64,000 bases of DNA from Phoronis australis (Eukaryota > Animalia > Phoronida): positions 72,797 through 136,796 of the forward strand of contig NMRA01000113.1 of assembly GCA_002633005.1 (NCBI GenBank), in the 5' to 3' direction. The translations under genes and the position numbers were made by a program. The notes beneath the pieces were generated by a model. That model did not search any database. It saw only the letters and a list, made by a program, of their open reading frames with translations, and was not told the DNA's origin. The stretch's first letter is position 1, and each line of letters starts with the position of its first letter. Below, piece after piece: positions 10,169 to 24,161 of this stretch.

Positions 10169-12025
10169 AGTGCAGAAAGCAAATCTATTGATTGAGAAAG
10201 TTTATCATATGTTGTTGATCCGTATTCTTACATTATATCATAAAATGCCTGTCATCAAATTCTCTCATTTTTTTCAGTGGGCGTTTCAATTCCCGCCACG
10301 AGCCAATAGCAGTGCGCATTGTTATATTCATTTTTTTTTCAGCTTGCACACTAGAAAATTATTGTGCGAAACTTTCTTCACGGGCTTGTTTGCTGCACCA
10401 AGGCATCGTCGTTCCGTTGATAAGATTTATTTGCATTGAAATTTGTTACAAAAAATGCCAGAATGAAAAATCTGATGGTCTTTCATTCATCAATGGGTGA
10501 AGTCAACCCAGTCATTTCTTTAATTTAGGTCTTACACTACAATACCGAAATAGGTATGCGGAAATAGAATACTAATACTTTGAATTTGTCGCTCAGATAG
10601 TCCGTGGTCAACAACAATGGACAACGTCTGTTTGGTGAACGGTTTGTACTCGTGCAAGAGAATCCACCCAGCAGTTATAGTTTTAGCGGGTTGACAACTG
10701 GTGAATCGGATTCAATCGCACTTTGGAGAAAAAGTCATTGTAATCTCTCGTTTGCCCAACTGTGGGACTATTATTTAACCGTTTTTGCTGTTCCCAAATA
10801 TTTTTACTGTCAAAATGGATTCAAAACTAAGATGGTTAAGAACCACTGGAGGTATATACTACCGAAATTTCAAGTGCAAGTCCCAACTTTTCCATAATGT
10901 AACTACAAGCTGGTTCTACTCATGTTAAAGAGCTAAGTGAAACTTATTAAAGGATACCATACCAGGTGTTGACGTTCATGCAGCTCTCTAAACCAAAATA
11001 ATGCTATCTAACCTTCCACCACCCTCAAACATTTGGAGCGTTTTTGAGAATCTCCTTACAAAGGTCAACGAGCAAAAGTGACCTACGGCGAATTACACGA
11101 ATTAACTGTTAGTGAAAGACCATCCACCGAGAGCTATAAAATTCTTTCGGTGACACAGTGGGCATGATTATTAGTTGAATCTTGCTTTTATCACTCAGTT
11201 GAGGCGCCAATAATGCACTAACAGGGCACAGGGCGAGGATTGGTCATGATTTCAGCGAAAGTCTGGCAGACAACGGCGACAATTGTAATAAAATCACAAA
11301 AGCACAATGGATTTTGTTGTTTTATGTCTACGGTCAAACCTAATAACTTCAAGAGGTTTGTCCCATTCAACAACGATCCCAAAATGCGATTTTCGATTAT
11401 GTTCCTTTTAAACATTTTTGTCATGTAGTTCTACACATACGACATTAAACAAAATTTAATTTTATAGAATTATAAGAACGTTTTATTTAAATTTAAAAAA
11501 CAAACAAATAAACTAGCAGTGACAAATTCGCCAAAATTATCCAAAGCAGTAGGTCTACAAGTTACTACTAACTTAGTTTAAAACTCTACGAATTGTCATA
11601 ATAATGTCGTAGTCTCAACGATGGGCACAGTGACACGCACCACACACAAATATGAAAACATTTATTATGGTGTGAGGGACTACCAGATGTTCTGGAGTGT
11701 ACATCATCATCTTTGTTGCGCAACACCATCTTAGAATGGTGGCCAGGCACTTTTTGTAATGTAAAATCTGCCAAAATGAGAAAACCCGCTGGCTTTTGTC
11801 CCTCCACAAATGGTTAGTGATATCATTGAATTTTGTCATGGTTGGCAATTTCACGAACGACTTTCATCGACCGCAGACCGTCACTTCTCCTGTTGAATGA
11901 GCGTCACCCTGTGAAGTATGCTTTATCGTTTACCTTACACCGGTATCCATAATGATCACCAGTCTCATTCTTGAGTCGTATGCTTACATTCATACAATTT
12001 ACATTCTGCAACAAGATATAGGTAT

Positions 12026-12867
12026 TTATAGTTTACTTGTTTCAGCACTTTGGGCCTCTGGTTGCTCGCCCGCTTTCACACCATTTTCGTCGTTTGTCTG
12101 TTCTTTGTTTGCTTCTGTCAGGGCACCAGTCTCATCGTCTTTACTGTCTTGTTTTATCGTAGATTTAGACCGTTCATTACTTGACTTATTTCCCGCTTCT
12201 TCGTTTTCCATGTCTTCCAGTTTAACAGGATGATTTTCATTACCACTGTTATTGTTTACCTCAAATGCTCTGGCATGCTCACTCGACTTTTCGTTTTCAT
12301 TACCGGCTTTTAGAGTTTCACCCTTGTCGTCTGCTTCCTCACCATTTCCGGAATTGGAGTTTTTGTTTTGTGTCTCGTCAACGATGTCCACGAAGGCGTC
12401 GTCGTCAATGTTTGTCACCTGAATCTGTGGAGTCGTAATTTCATTGTCAATGTTTGCTTTCGGTTCACGCGGAGACGGCGTGACCAGTGAAGTCCTTTTA
12501 CTGGTAGTCCAAACAGACAACAGCGTCTTTTTACTGGGAGACGGTTTATCTTGAGCATTAGTATCGTTCTCGGCAGTTTCATCCTTGTTCTTTTTCTTCA
12601 GTTTGGCAACATTGGCTTTCAAAATTTCTCTCGTATGTTCGCTTATATCGCTGATGTCGTCTCTGTTTGCCATATGGCGATCATAGAGCCGCTCTGCAAC
12701 CTTCCCAATGACAACCCCAATTATAATGGAACACGCCACCACAATCATGGTTAAAACAATCTGTGGTATAGTATCGGCGATGTTGAACGTTACCGGTCCG
12801 TCATGAACTGCCGCTGTGGAAGCCTCAGGGGCGCCTGTTGTGTTCGTTGTATTGGTCGCATTGGTTG
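12026..12867 (-). CDS. Uncharacterised type I membrane protein, last coding exon (short N-glycosylated ectodomain, TM helix, acidic disordered tail ending TSKL)
   Basis: Long open frame with a TTTGCTTTCAG acceptor at 12870-12868 (phase 1). TM segment IVLTMIVVACSIIIGVVIG is followed by basic residues. Sequons NAT, NTT, NTT. Confidence 0.8.
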
Positions 12868-15800
12868 CTGAAAGCAAATAGCACACTGGCATAAATATAC
12901 CGTTTTAAAGACTTGAGTACATGATATCAGCTTTGATGCGATTCGTGTTTTTTTCCAGAATGATTAAATTCCAAAAAATACAGGCTGCACTAGGTGCAAT
13001 TACACTTAACTTCTCAAAAAATAATTTTGATTTATACATACTTTAGTCCTGTACCTGGGGTCTAACTCTTTTTACTCTAAACTGACTTTATTTTTTTTGT
13101 TATTTTCTCTTCTACTTTTGTGCAAACTTAAGATAAGTGGCTATTGGTCTGTGCTTGAGTACAGTATGGTTTATGCATATCACCATCTAGTCCAAGTTTG
13201 TACTTGTTGACCCCTATATTCGTTCTACAAACTCAGGAAAAAAGTCGATATTTCGAGTAGAAACTCGAAATCTTGAATTCAGACTCCATCAAGTGCAAAC
13301 TAGGATTAGAAAGTTATAGTTATCCACGTAAGTCATTGTGTACTATACACTCTTTCACAGTGCTATAGGTGGCGCTGTGTCAGAGGGTAATATGTACTCT
13401 AGCATATAATAATACACACTTATCTTGGGTGCACATGAAAGTAGAATAGAGAATGGCAAAGAATTTGGAGTTTGATTTCGAATAAGAAGATTAGACCTCA
13501 GGCCCTGATAACGTATTCCGTTTTGTCTATCCCTAAATCTTGAGACATGAGCGGGCAGTGGCTAGTCAAAACCATCTTTCATAAGTCAGCTGCTAATGGT
13601 CATGCATGTTTGTTTATTAAGCAGATACCATTCAAGACGGCAGCTAGATTTGTTCGACGACATTTGAACTAATGGAAAGACCGAAAAGACACTGAGCAAA
13701 GCTTAGCGTTTTATAGGCCCAATGGATCCGAAATTTCTGAGTTTGCGGCAGTTAGGATATGCGAAGGTGACGAGACAGACGAAGAACCCATTCATATACA
13801 CTTCGTAAGCCAAAACCAGCTAATGTATTGCAGAAACTAAACGACATTGCTATTTGAACATCATTTACCCTAAACAGAGTGCAGTTGTATTCATTGACAA
13901 CTTGTAAATGTGAAAGCAAAAAATTCTGCAGATAGGTGTCCTTTGAACTAATGACGTGCCTTGGGGGCTCACATAACTTGCACCCTAACTGCTTATATCT
14001 GTGGTTGCTTGGTTAAATTAGGCAGAAACTCAACATATAGCGATGATGTGAATATGAAGTAGGTTGAAAATTGTCAAATATTTTTAAGAACGAGTTTTGT
14101 GTCGAAAATGATCCACCGTAAATCACTCAGAACCGTGTCCAGTATCGTGACATGGTGTTGGGGATTAACAGTGCATTGTGTGGGCTGTGTGTAGCATGGT
14201 TAGGAGAATACAAATACATCTTAAAAAAACGGTTCTTTGCCTAACTAATTTTTGAGCGGACTCCCAAAATGTCATCGAATTCCAAAACACTTGATGTACC
14301 GACTCGGTCGAGCCGACTGGCCACCGAGTGACTGGTGACGAGCTCCGTGACGATCGTAAGCCTGTCTCTGAAATTCTTGAGCATAAAGCAGATGAAAACT
14401 TAGAGACGACCAGAACATTGGCTTCTTGAAAAGCCTTGAGACTTGATACCAGATCACAAATCCATTTTCGAAGAATATCTCAATCAAACTAAATGTTAGC
14501 TGTTCTTTGATTTTGAAGGGAGTAAAGTGAATGCGAAAAATTTTTTACTTTGAAATATTGTCTAAGTATTGTTACTGAGAAGAAATACGTGTGTTGGCAA
14601 AGATAACAGTGTAGTAATGCCCTTGCCTAAATCAATGAGCTATACCAGCTCCTGGTATAGCTCATTGCCTAAATCAACATTGCTACATGATATAGAGTAA
14701 CCAGATACGTTGTACTCACTTTGCTGCGAACAGGTTATACATTTTAATACGGACATCGATACGGCCTTACTTGGTATTAAATTTAATTTTGCCCATCTTA
14801 AAAGAATTGACGTTATGGTTTTGCTAATGATTTTGTAACCAAATAAACAAGAATAATTTGAAACGAGTATGAGAAGTGCAAGTCCTACCAACATATCGAT
14901 CACGATTTAGAGAAAAAAGGTCTTTCAAATGAGAATTTACTCAAATTGCATAAGGTATCGTTTTTTTAACCCCTGAGCACCGCTTGACTGCCGAGTGTAA
15001 TATTTTACTGAAGCAATTGTGATTCTGGTGAGATTACAATGAGTGACGGGTACAACTGTGGTTGCCCTTGGTATGTCAGCTTACAACAGGTTGTCACGTT
15101 TTGTTGCTGCATTGTCAATACTTCTGAGAACGTATAGTTGTGGACAGTGTCTTAGTAATTTGCATATCACCAGGGAGGGGGACGATGACTTAGAAAAAGA
15201 AATTAGTATGATAGAAATGAGCCTTAGGTCAGAAGCCATTTTGTTTTAGTATTTTTAAGTATAACACAGAAAAATATAGTTTTTAAAATCCAAAGTTTTA
15301 TGTCTAATAATTGTTACGTAATTTCTCGCAGTTTCTTTCGTCACAGCATTTGTTGATCAATGCCACCCCCCTCAAATATGTATAAGATTGTCCTCAAATT
15401 TGAGCCTCATGAACTGAACACCCAGTCACCGACCTCTGAATACTATATGGCGATAACATTGAAAATTGAAAAATCGTTTCGTTTTCACTGTTATATTTAA
15501 TTTATGATCTAATACAATTTTGAATCCTAAGTTTAGCAACAAATTTTGATCATGGAAATCCATAGCTGTAGAATTCGTGCTGAATTTATCTTAAGATCCG
15601 TCGGTTAGCTTTGAATTCCTTAACATTTTTAGGCATTGTCGAGAAATCTTTCAGATTTTGATGAAAACATTTGTAACCAGGCACTTGATGCAGTAGAAAT
15701 TGATTAAGTTATGGAAAATCTCGAGTAAACTCTTGTGCCAAAAATATGTTGATTGAGCCGATACATCTAGTTGTATCGCTGTTGTCTGGAGTCTTCAGCC

Positions 15801-16070
15801 TCTTGACTTATCACAGAACCGTCAAGGGGACGACGAAATGCAATCAGTCATCGATTATAAAAACCTTTGCGTAATCATCCTACAAGTTTCCACGCAATTC
15901 CTGTTATAAATTACCGAAAGATAAACTCTATGTCGGCCGGGACAGTGTGCCAATAGTTCAAGTATATCATATTGGTAAACACGGCTCGTATGGACACAGG
16001 GTTTATCTACGGTGATTATCTGCCGCAATGGCTGATATAACTTTTCCATTATATATACACTCAGTCTCAC

Positions 16071-16161
16071 CTTCACCGCCATTCCACATCCATGCCATCA
16101 ACACAGAACACCCCACAAGTATATGCGGATGTATCCGACCCCGTGCTAGTCCACACGCCAT
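16071..16161 (-). CDS. First coding exon (signal-peptide-like MACGLARGRIHPHILVGCSVLMAWMWNGGEA) of the membrane protein
   Basis: Acceptor TTTCTCTCAG upstream of the ATG, good ATG context (AAGATGG), donor GAAG|GTGAGA in phase 1. Joins 12867 in frame for a 310-aa product. Confidence 0.7.
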
Positions 16162-17596
16162 CTTGGGGAACTGAGAGAAATTTAATAAATATTGCGTACA
16201 CTACTGTGATACAAAGCCTACGTCGTGATCATCTCTCGAATGTCCGGTGCGAGTGTCCAGTTAAATATTCCTTGGTGGTTCCACAACTGCAGTGAAAATC
16301 TGAACTCCCTACATTCAGATTACAAAAATCTCTTCACGTCAGGTAAAGGAGTAGTTCAGGCCAGCTCTTTCATCTGGTACAATCAACAGGTGAAGCGAAT
16401 GGTTCCACAATACTAAATCTGTTTATAGCAACTATTTGTATAGACGGGCTCTAGTTTGGGGGGTAACGAGGTTCCGCATTGTGTTCAGGGTATTATATCA
16501 GTATAGACGTATTAAACTAAAAGTTGAGGCGCAACTGTATGTGTTGACCTTAGAGGGTTTAATATATATAGTATAATGTTCAGGGGGCAATGCAAATATC
16601 AAATACGCCGTTTTGCAATTTCAGCAGATTCAATTCACTGTCGTAACGAAACCAGTCTCTTTTACTGAAGTGCAATTGTTACTAAAGGTGGATTACTTTT
16701 TAAGTGACGCATTCGCTGAGTTCCCTAGACCTTGATAAAAGCCTCGTCAACTTACTGCTTAAAAGTAGGTTTAATTTATTTCTTAATAAAACACGTACAC
16801 ATAATAGCTTGAATATATGACAAGCGGAATCTTAAAATATTTGCAATTCTGTAAAGCACTGACTTATAACTAAGTCCTAGCTCTGATGCCCATTTAGCCA
16901 TCGGTGTTCTTATTCATGTCAAACCTGTCAAAATCATCCCATTTCTAAAGTGCGCTGTTGGTGGTAAACTTCTTAACAATGTTTAAGATAAAAAAAAACG
17001 TTTTAGCGTACCTTTGTCGTCACTCTTTAGCGACAGTGCTTTAGCCTTTAGTGTTCCTCTTTTGCCAGAAGGTACCAGGATAACTCGAGACAATTCGACT
17101 TTCAAATTAAAACGAAGATTTTTGACATGGCATTGAAAAGCAGTTTCAAAAACCGAATTCGCCGCCGCGGGTGAATAGGTGTTGTTGGGATGGCAACGTG
17201 AGAATTTCCGCGCCTGTGAGATAGTTCCGCAGTCTCCATGAAGAAACTTGGCCATGTGAATAGGAGCGCTTCGTTGCTATTCTCATACACACAATATATG
17301 TTGTTGTGATCTTTGAGCGATTGGAAAAGAATATACATGGGTTACTTAGTTGGCTGTAAATATTTAATGTCTTGAAAGATTCTTGAAAACCAGCCACGTG
17401 CTCTGCCACTTTCGGAAGGGAAGGTACTCAGTTATCCATGACTAGAACTGTTACTATGCTGGAAAAAACATGTCCCAGTTTTGTATGCCTACTCATTTTC
17501 TATGATTGAGTGACTTCTTCCACTCATCGAGATACATAACTCGAAATAAGAAAGCGTTCCAAGTTTTGGCCCATTGTGAGTGTATGAACGTTGGTA

Positions 17597-17685
17597 GAGG
17601 AATCAAAGACAGTCATCGCGTATATCAACATAGCGTGAGAGGAATCAAAGACAGTCATCGCGTATATCAACATAGCGTGAGAGGA
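17597..17685. repeat. Perfect 42-bp tandem duplication
   Basis: GAGGAATCAAAGACAGTCATCGCGTATATCAACATAGCGTGA occurs twice. Confidence 0.95.
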
Positions 17686-19592
17686 GGTCCAACTTCATCA
17701 CGAATATAAAATTGTTGAAATTGTCTTTTCGTAAGTTCATCAGAACATAAATGAGCGCCACGTTAATAAAACAGCAGCATTCCAAAAAAGCGTGAGTCGC
17801 GATGCCGTGATGGTACGTGCTGCTGATTGTCAAAGACATTTCATGTACATCATTAGAAAAATGCTCGGGTTTCCTAGCACTAATTCGCGAGCTGACACCT
17901 GTTCTTTTCACGCAGTCTTACAGGTGTACTACAATTTCCTTACGCTTACCACTTCACCTAATTACAATTAAAAACAAGCATTAAGGCACGTAATCCTATC
18001 AAACATGTCTGTGGGACCGTGTAAAGTACTTGTCCTTGTCATATGTTGTGTAACTTAGTCACAAGACGAACAAAAACGTTTGACTATTATCTGGAAAACT
18101 ACAAAAATCGCTACGTTAAAGCTATTGTACAATGCATCAAAGGAAGGCATTATGCCTCAGTTGTTATAGAAGCCAAAAGACGCTTCCAGTTAAAGGGACA
18201 CAACCTTTTTTGACGAAAAAACACACTTTGGGGATTATTCTGTGCGAGATTGCTCTCTTGAAGCTACTTTAGCTATAAAAACAGCAAAGTTTGTTGTGTT
18301 TTATGGGTATTGAAAATCGACAATCCCTCCCAAAGGCTGGCATTTAAAGTTAACTGAGATCGAGGCAGCGACCTCATCAGCTGTTTCGTTGCTAGGCGTC
18401 CAGTATGCAGTGCTGAAAAAAAACAAGGGCTAATCTCGTGTTTGTACGTGATGAAAAGAGACGAAGAGCATTAGAGGAATAACCTAGCTAGAATAAACAT
18501 CTGAGAACGAAAGTGAGCGTTTGACTCAGTGAGACTGGCTGAGTTGAACATTTCCATTTCGCAGACAGCCGAATGGGTTTCCCCCGCCGTCTTCCAGAAA
18601 TAGCTCGACATTCACGCTTATTTTGATTGATTTTAAGTGTAAACCTAAATTTGTTTCGAAAAGGTTATAAGGTTTCCAGTCGGTGGCGTAATCATACAAA
18701 ATCCAAATTCCTAAATGGGCAAATTCGCTTTAAAAACTCAATATCTTTATAAGTATAACTACGAACTTAAGCATTTTCGGGAACATCATATTCCAGGGAT
18801 GGCAGATCGGATTCTAGCGAAACTTTCAAATATTTTACTTTATTCGCTGTCTTCCAAAGTGATCTAAGGCATTGCTTTTAAGTGTTTCACTTTGGCATGT
18901 GTTGTTCTCAAATATTGGGAGGTTTTAAGATTTTCATGAAAAAAATAAAACATCGCACGAAACGAAAAGGAATGATTAATTCAAGAAATTGTAAAAACGT
19001 TTTTCCTCTTGATCATTTGGTCATGTAATCGTGAACGTATCTTTTTGTTAAATAACTGTTGGCCACGTTACCCGATCAATGATAGATAGGCATAAGGTGA
19101 AAAATTAAAGTCTAAAGGCTTTCTACTTTCAGAAAATAGTACTTTTTCAGAGTTAACTTATACAGTGTTGTAGATAGTTGACTAAATCCATTGAATTGTT
19201 GATAAGGTTTCCCACAACCTTACGTGAAGGAGTGAAATCCTTTGCGGAAATAAATGTGTTAATTTTACACCACCAAGTCTAGACAGCGTCTAACGAGTAA
19301 AAAACACAATTCTGCGCTAAATAGTGGGATTTATACAGGATTTAAATTTCCTAAAACATCCCACACTTAAATCCTTAATTTCTTGGATGCAAGAAACTTT
19401 AATTCTGAATCGTGCTGTTTGTTGAAATTTTCTTTCAATAAAATTCCTATGGTCACCCAATTTGGTTGCTATTTTTGGACGCCGTTTCTTTGTATTGCGA
19501 CGGAGCGGTTCTAGTTTAAACAAAGTCATTCACTACTGACTCAATATTTTCTGATTACCTGATAGGAACTGGCGATAAGCCAAGGTCCCAGA

Positions 19593-19600
19593 TATATAAA
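19593..19600 (+). promoter_or_regulatory. Candidate TATA box of the secreted-protein gene
   Basis: TATATAAA about 50 bp upstream of the ATG, with GATA-type motifs (TGATAG, CGATAA) just upstream. Confidence 0.55.
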
Positions 19601-19648
19601 GACAGTCAGTTTTACTATTCAACAGACGGGAAACGATTAAACAGCGAA

Positions 19649-19734
19649 ATGAAGGTACAATCGATTATCATAAGTTTGGTCCTTTGTATTACTTTGGACA
19701 AGACATCAGCAACACCAGTCAGACCTGATCCACG
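19649..19734 (+). CDS. Secreted Cys-rich protein, exon 1 (signal peptide MKVQSIIISLVLCITLDKTSA-TPVRPDPR)
   Basis: ATG, hydrophobic core, TSA cleavage-like site, donor CG|GTAAGT (phase 2). Confidence 0.8.
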
Positions 19735-21162
19735 GTAAGTTTAGTGTAATTTTCAGTTCTATAATTTATTTCTTAATTTATTAATTGACTGCACATAATT
19801 GACTATTTCGTTCTTATTTTCGTTTAAGGTTGCTGCGAGATGGCTTCTCATATGCATTCTACCAGTCTGATTTAATTAATAGAGCATTTAAATGTTGAAG
19901 CTGTATAACATCATCAATAAGTAAATAATGCTCTTTTATATTTTTGAGTTGTTTCAAACAACAATCTATGATAACAATTGTCTAGTTCGCTCTATAGGAA
20001 AGGGATATTTTTCATTTTGCGGACAAAAAAGATGAAGTCGGCCGAATGAACTGTTAAATATGTTTGATCATATTATTTGTATATTAGACAATGCCGGTGC
20101 TACGTAGGGATTGTCTGAGACGATGTTCCCATTTATCGGCACATTGCCATTGTCGGTAAATCCAGACTTCATGAAACTCGATCGGTCGGAGGCTCCGCCG
20201 GGAAACAAAGAGTTATGACCGATTTCGAGAAGGTTTATGAATAAAAGTGATCGAAACTGGTCCGCGGAAATCAGTTTATCGTCAATATACTACTATTCCT
20301 GTAAATGTAAGATACAGACCTTTCAACTCTCTAGTTGACGCTGTCTCTGTCACGTCTAATAATGGCAATTTACCCTACTGGCTCACGTAACACCAAGTTT
20401 GAATTTGTGTGCAGGGATTGTCGCAATTACTTGAAATCGCGCCACTTGCCCATATCGGTCAAAAAACGTACTTATTGGTTTGAAAATTCGCTAGTTCGGG
20501 TTGTCGCAACAGAGCTACGACATTCATAAATTTAATAGTAAAATTTGTAATCCAATTTACGTTATCCATTCAGGCAAAGCAAAGGGATTGTGGCTGTAGT
20601 TTTAAATTCACTTTCTTTAACCATTTACCTATATCTGCCAATAAGACGCACTGGTTGATTTTAAAAATTTACCTACAGTATACAGGAATTGTGTGGTGCC
20701 TTAGAGAGCCAATTCGATACCTAGCAACGATGGTGACGCACACCTGGGATTAATGTATAGCTTTATTTTTTTATTTCAAAGTAACTCAGTCGTTTTTGAT
20801 ATTTTAGACCAAGTGGGAAGTTGCAATTGTCCTTTTCGTAGCAGCAGCGGAGGTCTGCATATCTGTGTTTCTTAGCACACGGCCCATTCAAAGTGGGCGG
20901 AGGACTTCTAAATCTTTAGTTTTCATTATTCCCGTATCGGTCGACCTCTGCGTACAAAGTTGTGATAGTATTGAGCTCTTTCTGATTAGTAGCTAAATTG
21001 TAATTTGCCACCGATTCTAAAGACTTTTTTTCTACAGGGATATTGTATAGATTACTTCACACCGTAACATCCGAAATATTCTATTCTTCGAGCATGATTC
21101 AGACGAATTTGTTTTCTATTTAATTTTCGCTCTGTATTATTACAATGGCTGCATGGTTGGGA

Positions 21163-21441
21163 ATGAATTGATGGATGGGTGTATGGATGAATGGATGGAT
21201 NGATAGATGGATGGATGGATGGATGGATGGATGGATGGATGGATGGATGGATGCATGAATGTATGGATGTCTTTATGAATGGATGAATGGATTGGTGGAT
21301 GGATGGATATACGGATGGATATACGGATGGATGGGTGGATGGATGGATGAATGGATGGATGGATATACAGATGGATATACAGATGGATGGATGGATGGAT
21401 GGATGAATGGATGCCCTGGTGGATGGATGAATAGGTAGATG
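21163..21441. repeat. (GGAT)n microsatellite, imperfect
   Basis: Seen directly. Confidence 0.98.
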
Positions 21442-21972
21442 GGAATTGGTTCTTGCGACTTAATTTCCGACTTGAAAATATCAATTCAGCAGGAATTTGT
21501 TAATTTCCTTGAATTGCTCATAACTGTAGTTGTGCGAAGCATTAACAAAATTTGCTGACATACGTGTAGTAAATGAATTTAGACTGACGGGTCGATATTT
21601 TAACCGTCCTATGTACAAAAGGGTAGCGTTTTTTTGGCGAGGTATTAAGTTGAGCTTTCGGAGAAGCTTTCAGAAAAAATATGAGCCCCAAGTTTCCTGT
21701 TATGTGGCTCATTTAATTCTGGTGACAACTATGAGGAATTGGAGTGTCTGAAATTGCCTCAGCACATTCATTCTGTAAATTAATTCGTTCTCTTCATTTT
21801 CCATAAGGACATAAAAACAATTCCACCAGTTTGAATAACCCTGAACTCTAGGAAATACAAAATCGTTCGTTGTAAAATTAACTTGATAGACATCAAAATA
21901 CAATGTGTTCGTACGTAATTATTGTGAATACTAATAACTTAGATATATTTTCCTACCTTCATATTTTTCCAG

Positions 21973-22073
21973 CTGTTTAAACCATCCTTACGTTCAAGAT
22001 CTGTACACGTCACGTGGGTGTAAACTGAACTATGACAATCCCAAATGTGTTGTACCTGAAAAGTGCCCTAACG
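21973..22073 (+). CDS. Secreted Cys-rich protein, exon 2 (CLNHPYVQDLYTSRGCKLNYDNPKCVVPEKCPN)
   Basis: TTTTTCCAG acceptor, G|GTGAGT donor, phase 2 to 1 compatible with neighbours, four Cys. Confidence 0.8.
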
Positions 22074-23253
22074 GTGAGTGAGGTATACTGGTTGATTACT
22101 GTTACAGGTGTTTTAAGCTCATTGTCGTCTTTTTATCTTTATACATGTAAGCCTACTTTTCACGATTTCACTGCAAATGATTTACACAATGCAACTTCGG
22201 CTGCCCGAATGTTGTAAAGTGACCTCCTGTCCGCTGACCGTGTTAAACATGATATTCAAATTTAACAATAACTTAAATTTTTTAAACCAGCTTCAGGCTT
22301 GGTTCTAGTAATTAATACCTTCAAAACGTAACATATTTTATGAACTTGGCTGTGTAGGCTCCTACATGTGCAGGAATATTTGTTATCAATTTTCGACTCC
22401 AAGACTATGACAGCTAGGTCATTGGCGGAAATCAGACTTGAAACCGTGACCAGCCAGTGTCGCTGCTTAGCACTGCATGTCGAGTGTAAATTCAGCTGCC
22501 TGAAACACGGTCGTTGCTCATATACATTACACTTTCACGTATTAGTTGTTTTGTTAATCAATTATAGGACGCTTACAAAAAGCTGTTACTGTGTTACTTC
22601 AATAAAACTCGGTATGCTTTATCTTGGTCAATTAGCACAGATACTATGGAATGATTTATGACAATGTTATCAACCGCTTTCAAGTAATCAATAAACATTC
22701 CACTTCGTTTTTAAGTACAAATCTTGTTCAGTACTTCAAAATATGATAAAAATGTTAAGAAATGTCAGAAACTTGTGGTAAGATTGTAATCAATAATCTC
22801 TATTGAGTTATGACGAGTTGTTATTCAGAAATTGGACAGACGTAACCTAGCATACATTTGGCCTACGTGTATCGTGGCAATGAAACCTGAAACTCTTCAT
22901 TTCTTCCTGAACATTGAACCGAATCGTACAAGCAACTATATTGGAAGTAATACTTTTTCAATAAAAAGTTTTGCTCAAATGTTTAAAATTACAGGCCAAA
23001 GTTTTGCTGAAAAAAACACCTCAATATCGCGCGGAATCTCTTGGGATCTTACTTTTCTAGAGAAGTACTAGCGTTATTGAACTCGACACAGGCCTCCACA
23101 ATTTCTGATCCATTTAGTTATCTTTACATCAAAATGTTTAAATCTCATGCTGATAACGTCAACTATAACAGCCAAGACCACATTACGGTATCAAAGATAA
23201 TCATGGGCTCTACAATGTTCATGGCGACGGCCACTGTGCGGTTGACACGTACC

Positions 23254-23481
23254 CATGCGCGCACCCAGCCTTCAATATGGGGGGCTCTAATTCCTGACGT
23301 TGTGGACCTTTTGGTAACAACTGAAAAGCGGGCGGTCTAAAAAAAACGGGACCACCACTGTGAATTGCGCGTTGTGCTTGTTTAATGGACTTTTGTCTCA
23401 TTTTCTCGGACTTTTTTCTCAGAGGCGAACCTTTTTGCCCACTTCGCCAAATGGCCCCCCCCTTCCCTGGATGTGCGCATG
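23254..23481. mobile_element. MITE with CATGCGCGCACCCAG TIRs and 6-bp TSD (CGTACC)
   Basis: CATGCGCGCACCCAG ... CTGGATGTGCGCATG flanked by CGTACC. Also present in the duplicate (about 27614-27848), and another left end lies at about 25761 at the gap edge. Confidence 0.8.
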
Positions 23482-23511
23482 CGTACCTTATGTATTTACT
23501 CTTGTTTACAG

Positions 23512-23688
23512 GATGTGTTGATGGCGAAGGCAAAGAGCACCACCCCTACCATGGCGCCTGGGCGGAGGGTCGTATTGAATGTCGCTGTTTCTTCGCCAGC
23601 TCCATGCCTGAAATGAACTTTCGACTTCCGAAAGATTTAAGCCCTGAAATCGGACTTCCAAATTTCTACAAAAGTTGCCAGAAAGCAG
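23512..23688 (+). CDS. Secreted Cys-rich protein, exon 3 (GCVDGEGKEHHPYHGAWAEGRIECRC...KSCQKA)
   Basis: TTTACAG acceptor, CAG|GTACAA donor, symmetric phase 1-1 exon of 177 nt encoding a 4-Cys module. Confidence 0.8.
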
Positions 23689-24161
23689 GTACAAAGAACT
23701 TTGCAGCTCTTGCAATGTCACGTGGTTGGATGTTGTAGACGAAGTATAGTGGGAAAATGTAACACCAGTGGTAATTAGGAAAACACGTTGGAAATTTGAA
23801 GCAAACGAAGAAATGACATTCGGATTACCAATCTTTCCTCCACCATTTCGTCACGTGCTGAATACTGCTATCTCATTTTTGGTCATGACATTAATAAAGA
23901 TAAAACGACACAACATTTCACAAGAACTTTCCTTATATTTGGATATATACATGAATACGTTGTTGGCCATTTCGCTGAACTAGTTCAGTCAAGCATCATT
24001 AGTTTCGCCTCAAAACTTCAAGATTGTAACCACGTCCACACAAGCATCTATTTCAAATAGCCACTCAAGAGTGTATCTATAAGTTCCGAAATTAAAGTTT
24101 CATGAGTTATAGAAGATTAATCGGAGTTCCACGCTCTTGATTGTTAATTGCTTTGTTGCAG

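Noticed and set aside
12026-12037. C-terminal SKL as a peroxisomal PTS1
   Set aside because: The protein has a signal-like leader and a TM helix, which is inconsistent with matrix import; a PDZ ligand is more plausible.
17722-17745. Minus-strand CTGATGA-ACTTAC-GAAA hammerhead-like core
   Set aside because: Stem II cannot pair, and no stem I or III is evident.
19829-19900. Possible alternative exon after exon 1 of the secreted protein
   Set aside because: An acceptor-like TTTAAG is present but the frame stops after about 23 codons; unsupported without transcripts.
21140-21484. His/Pro/Ser/Ile-rich ORF
   Set aside because: Translation of the (GGAT)n microsatellite.
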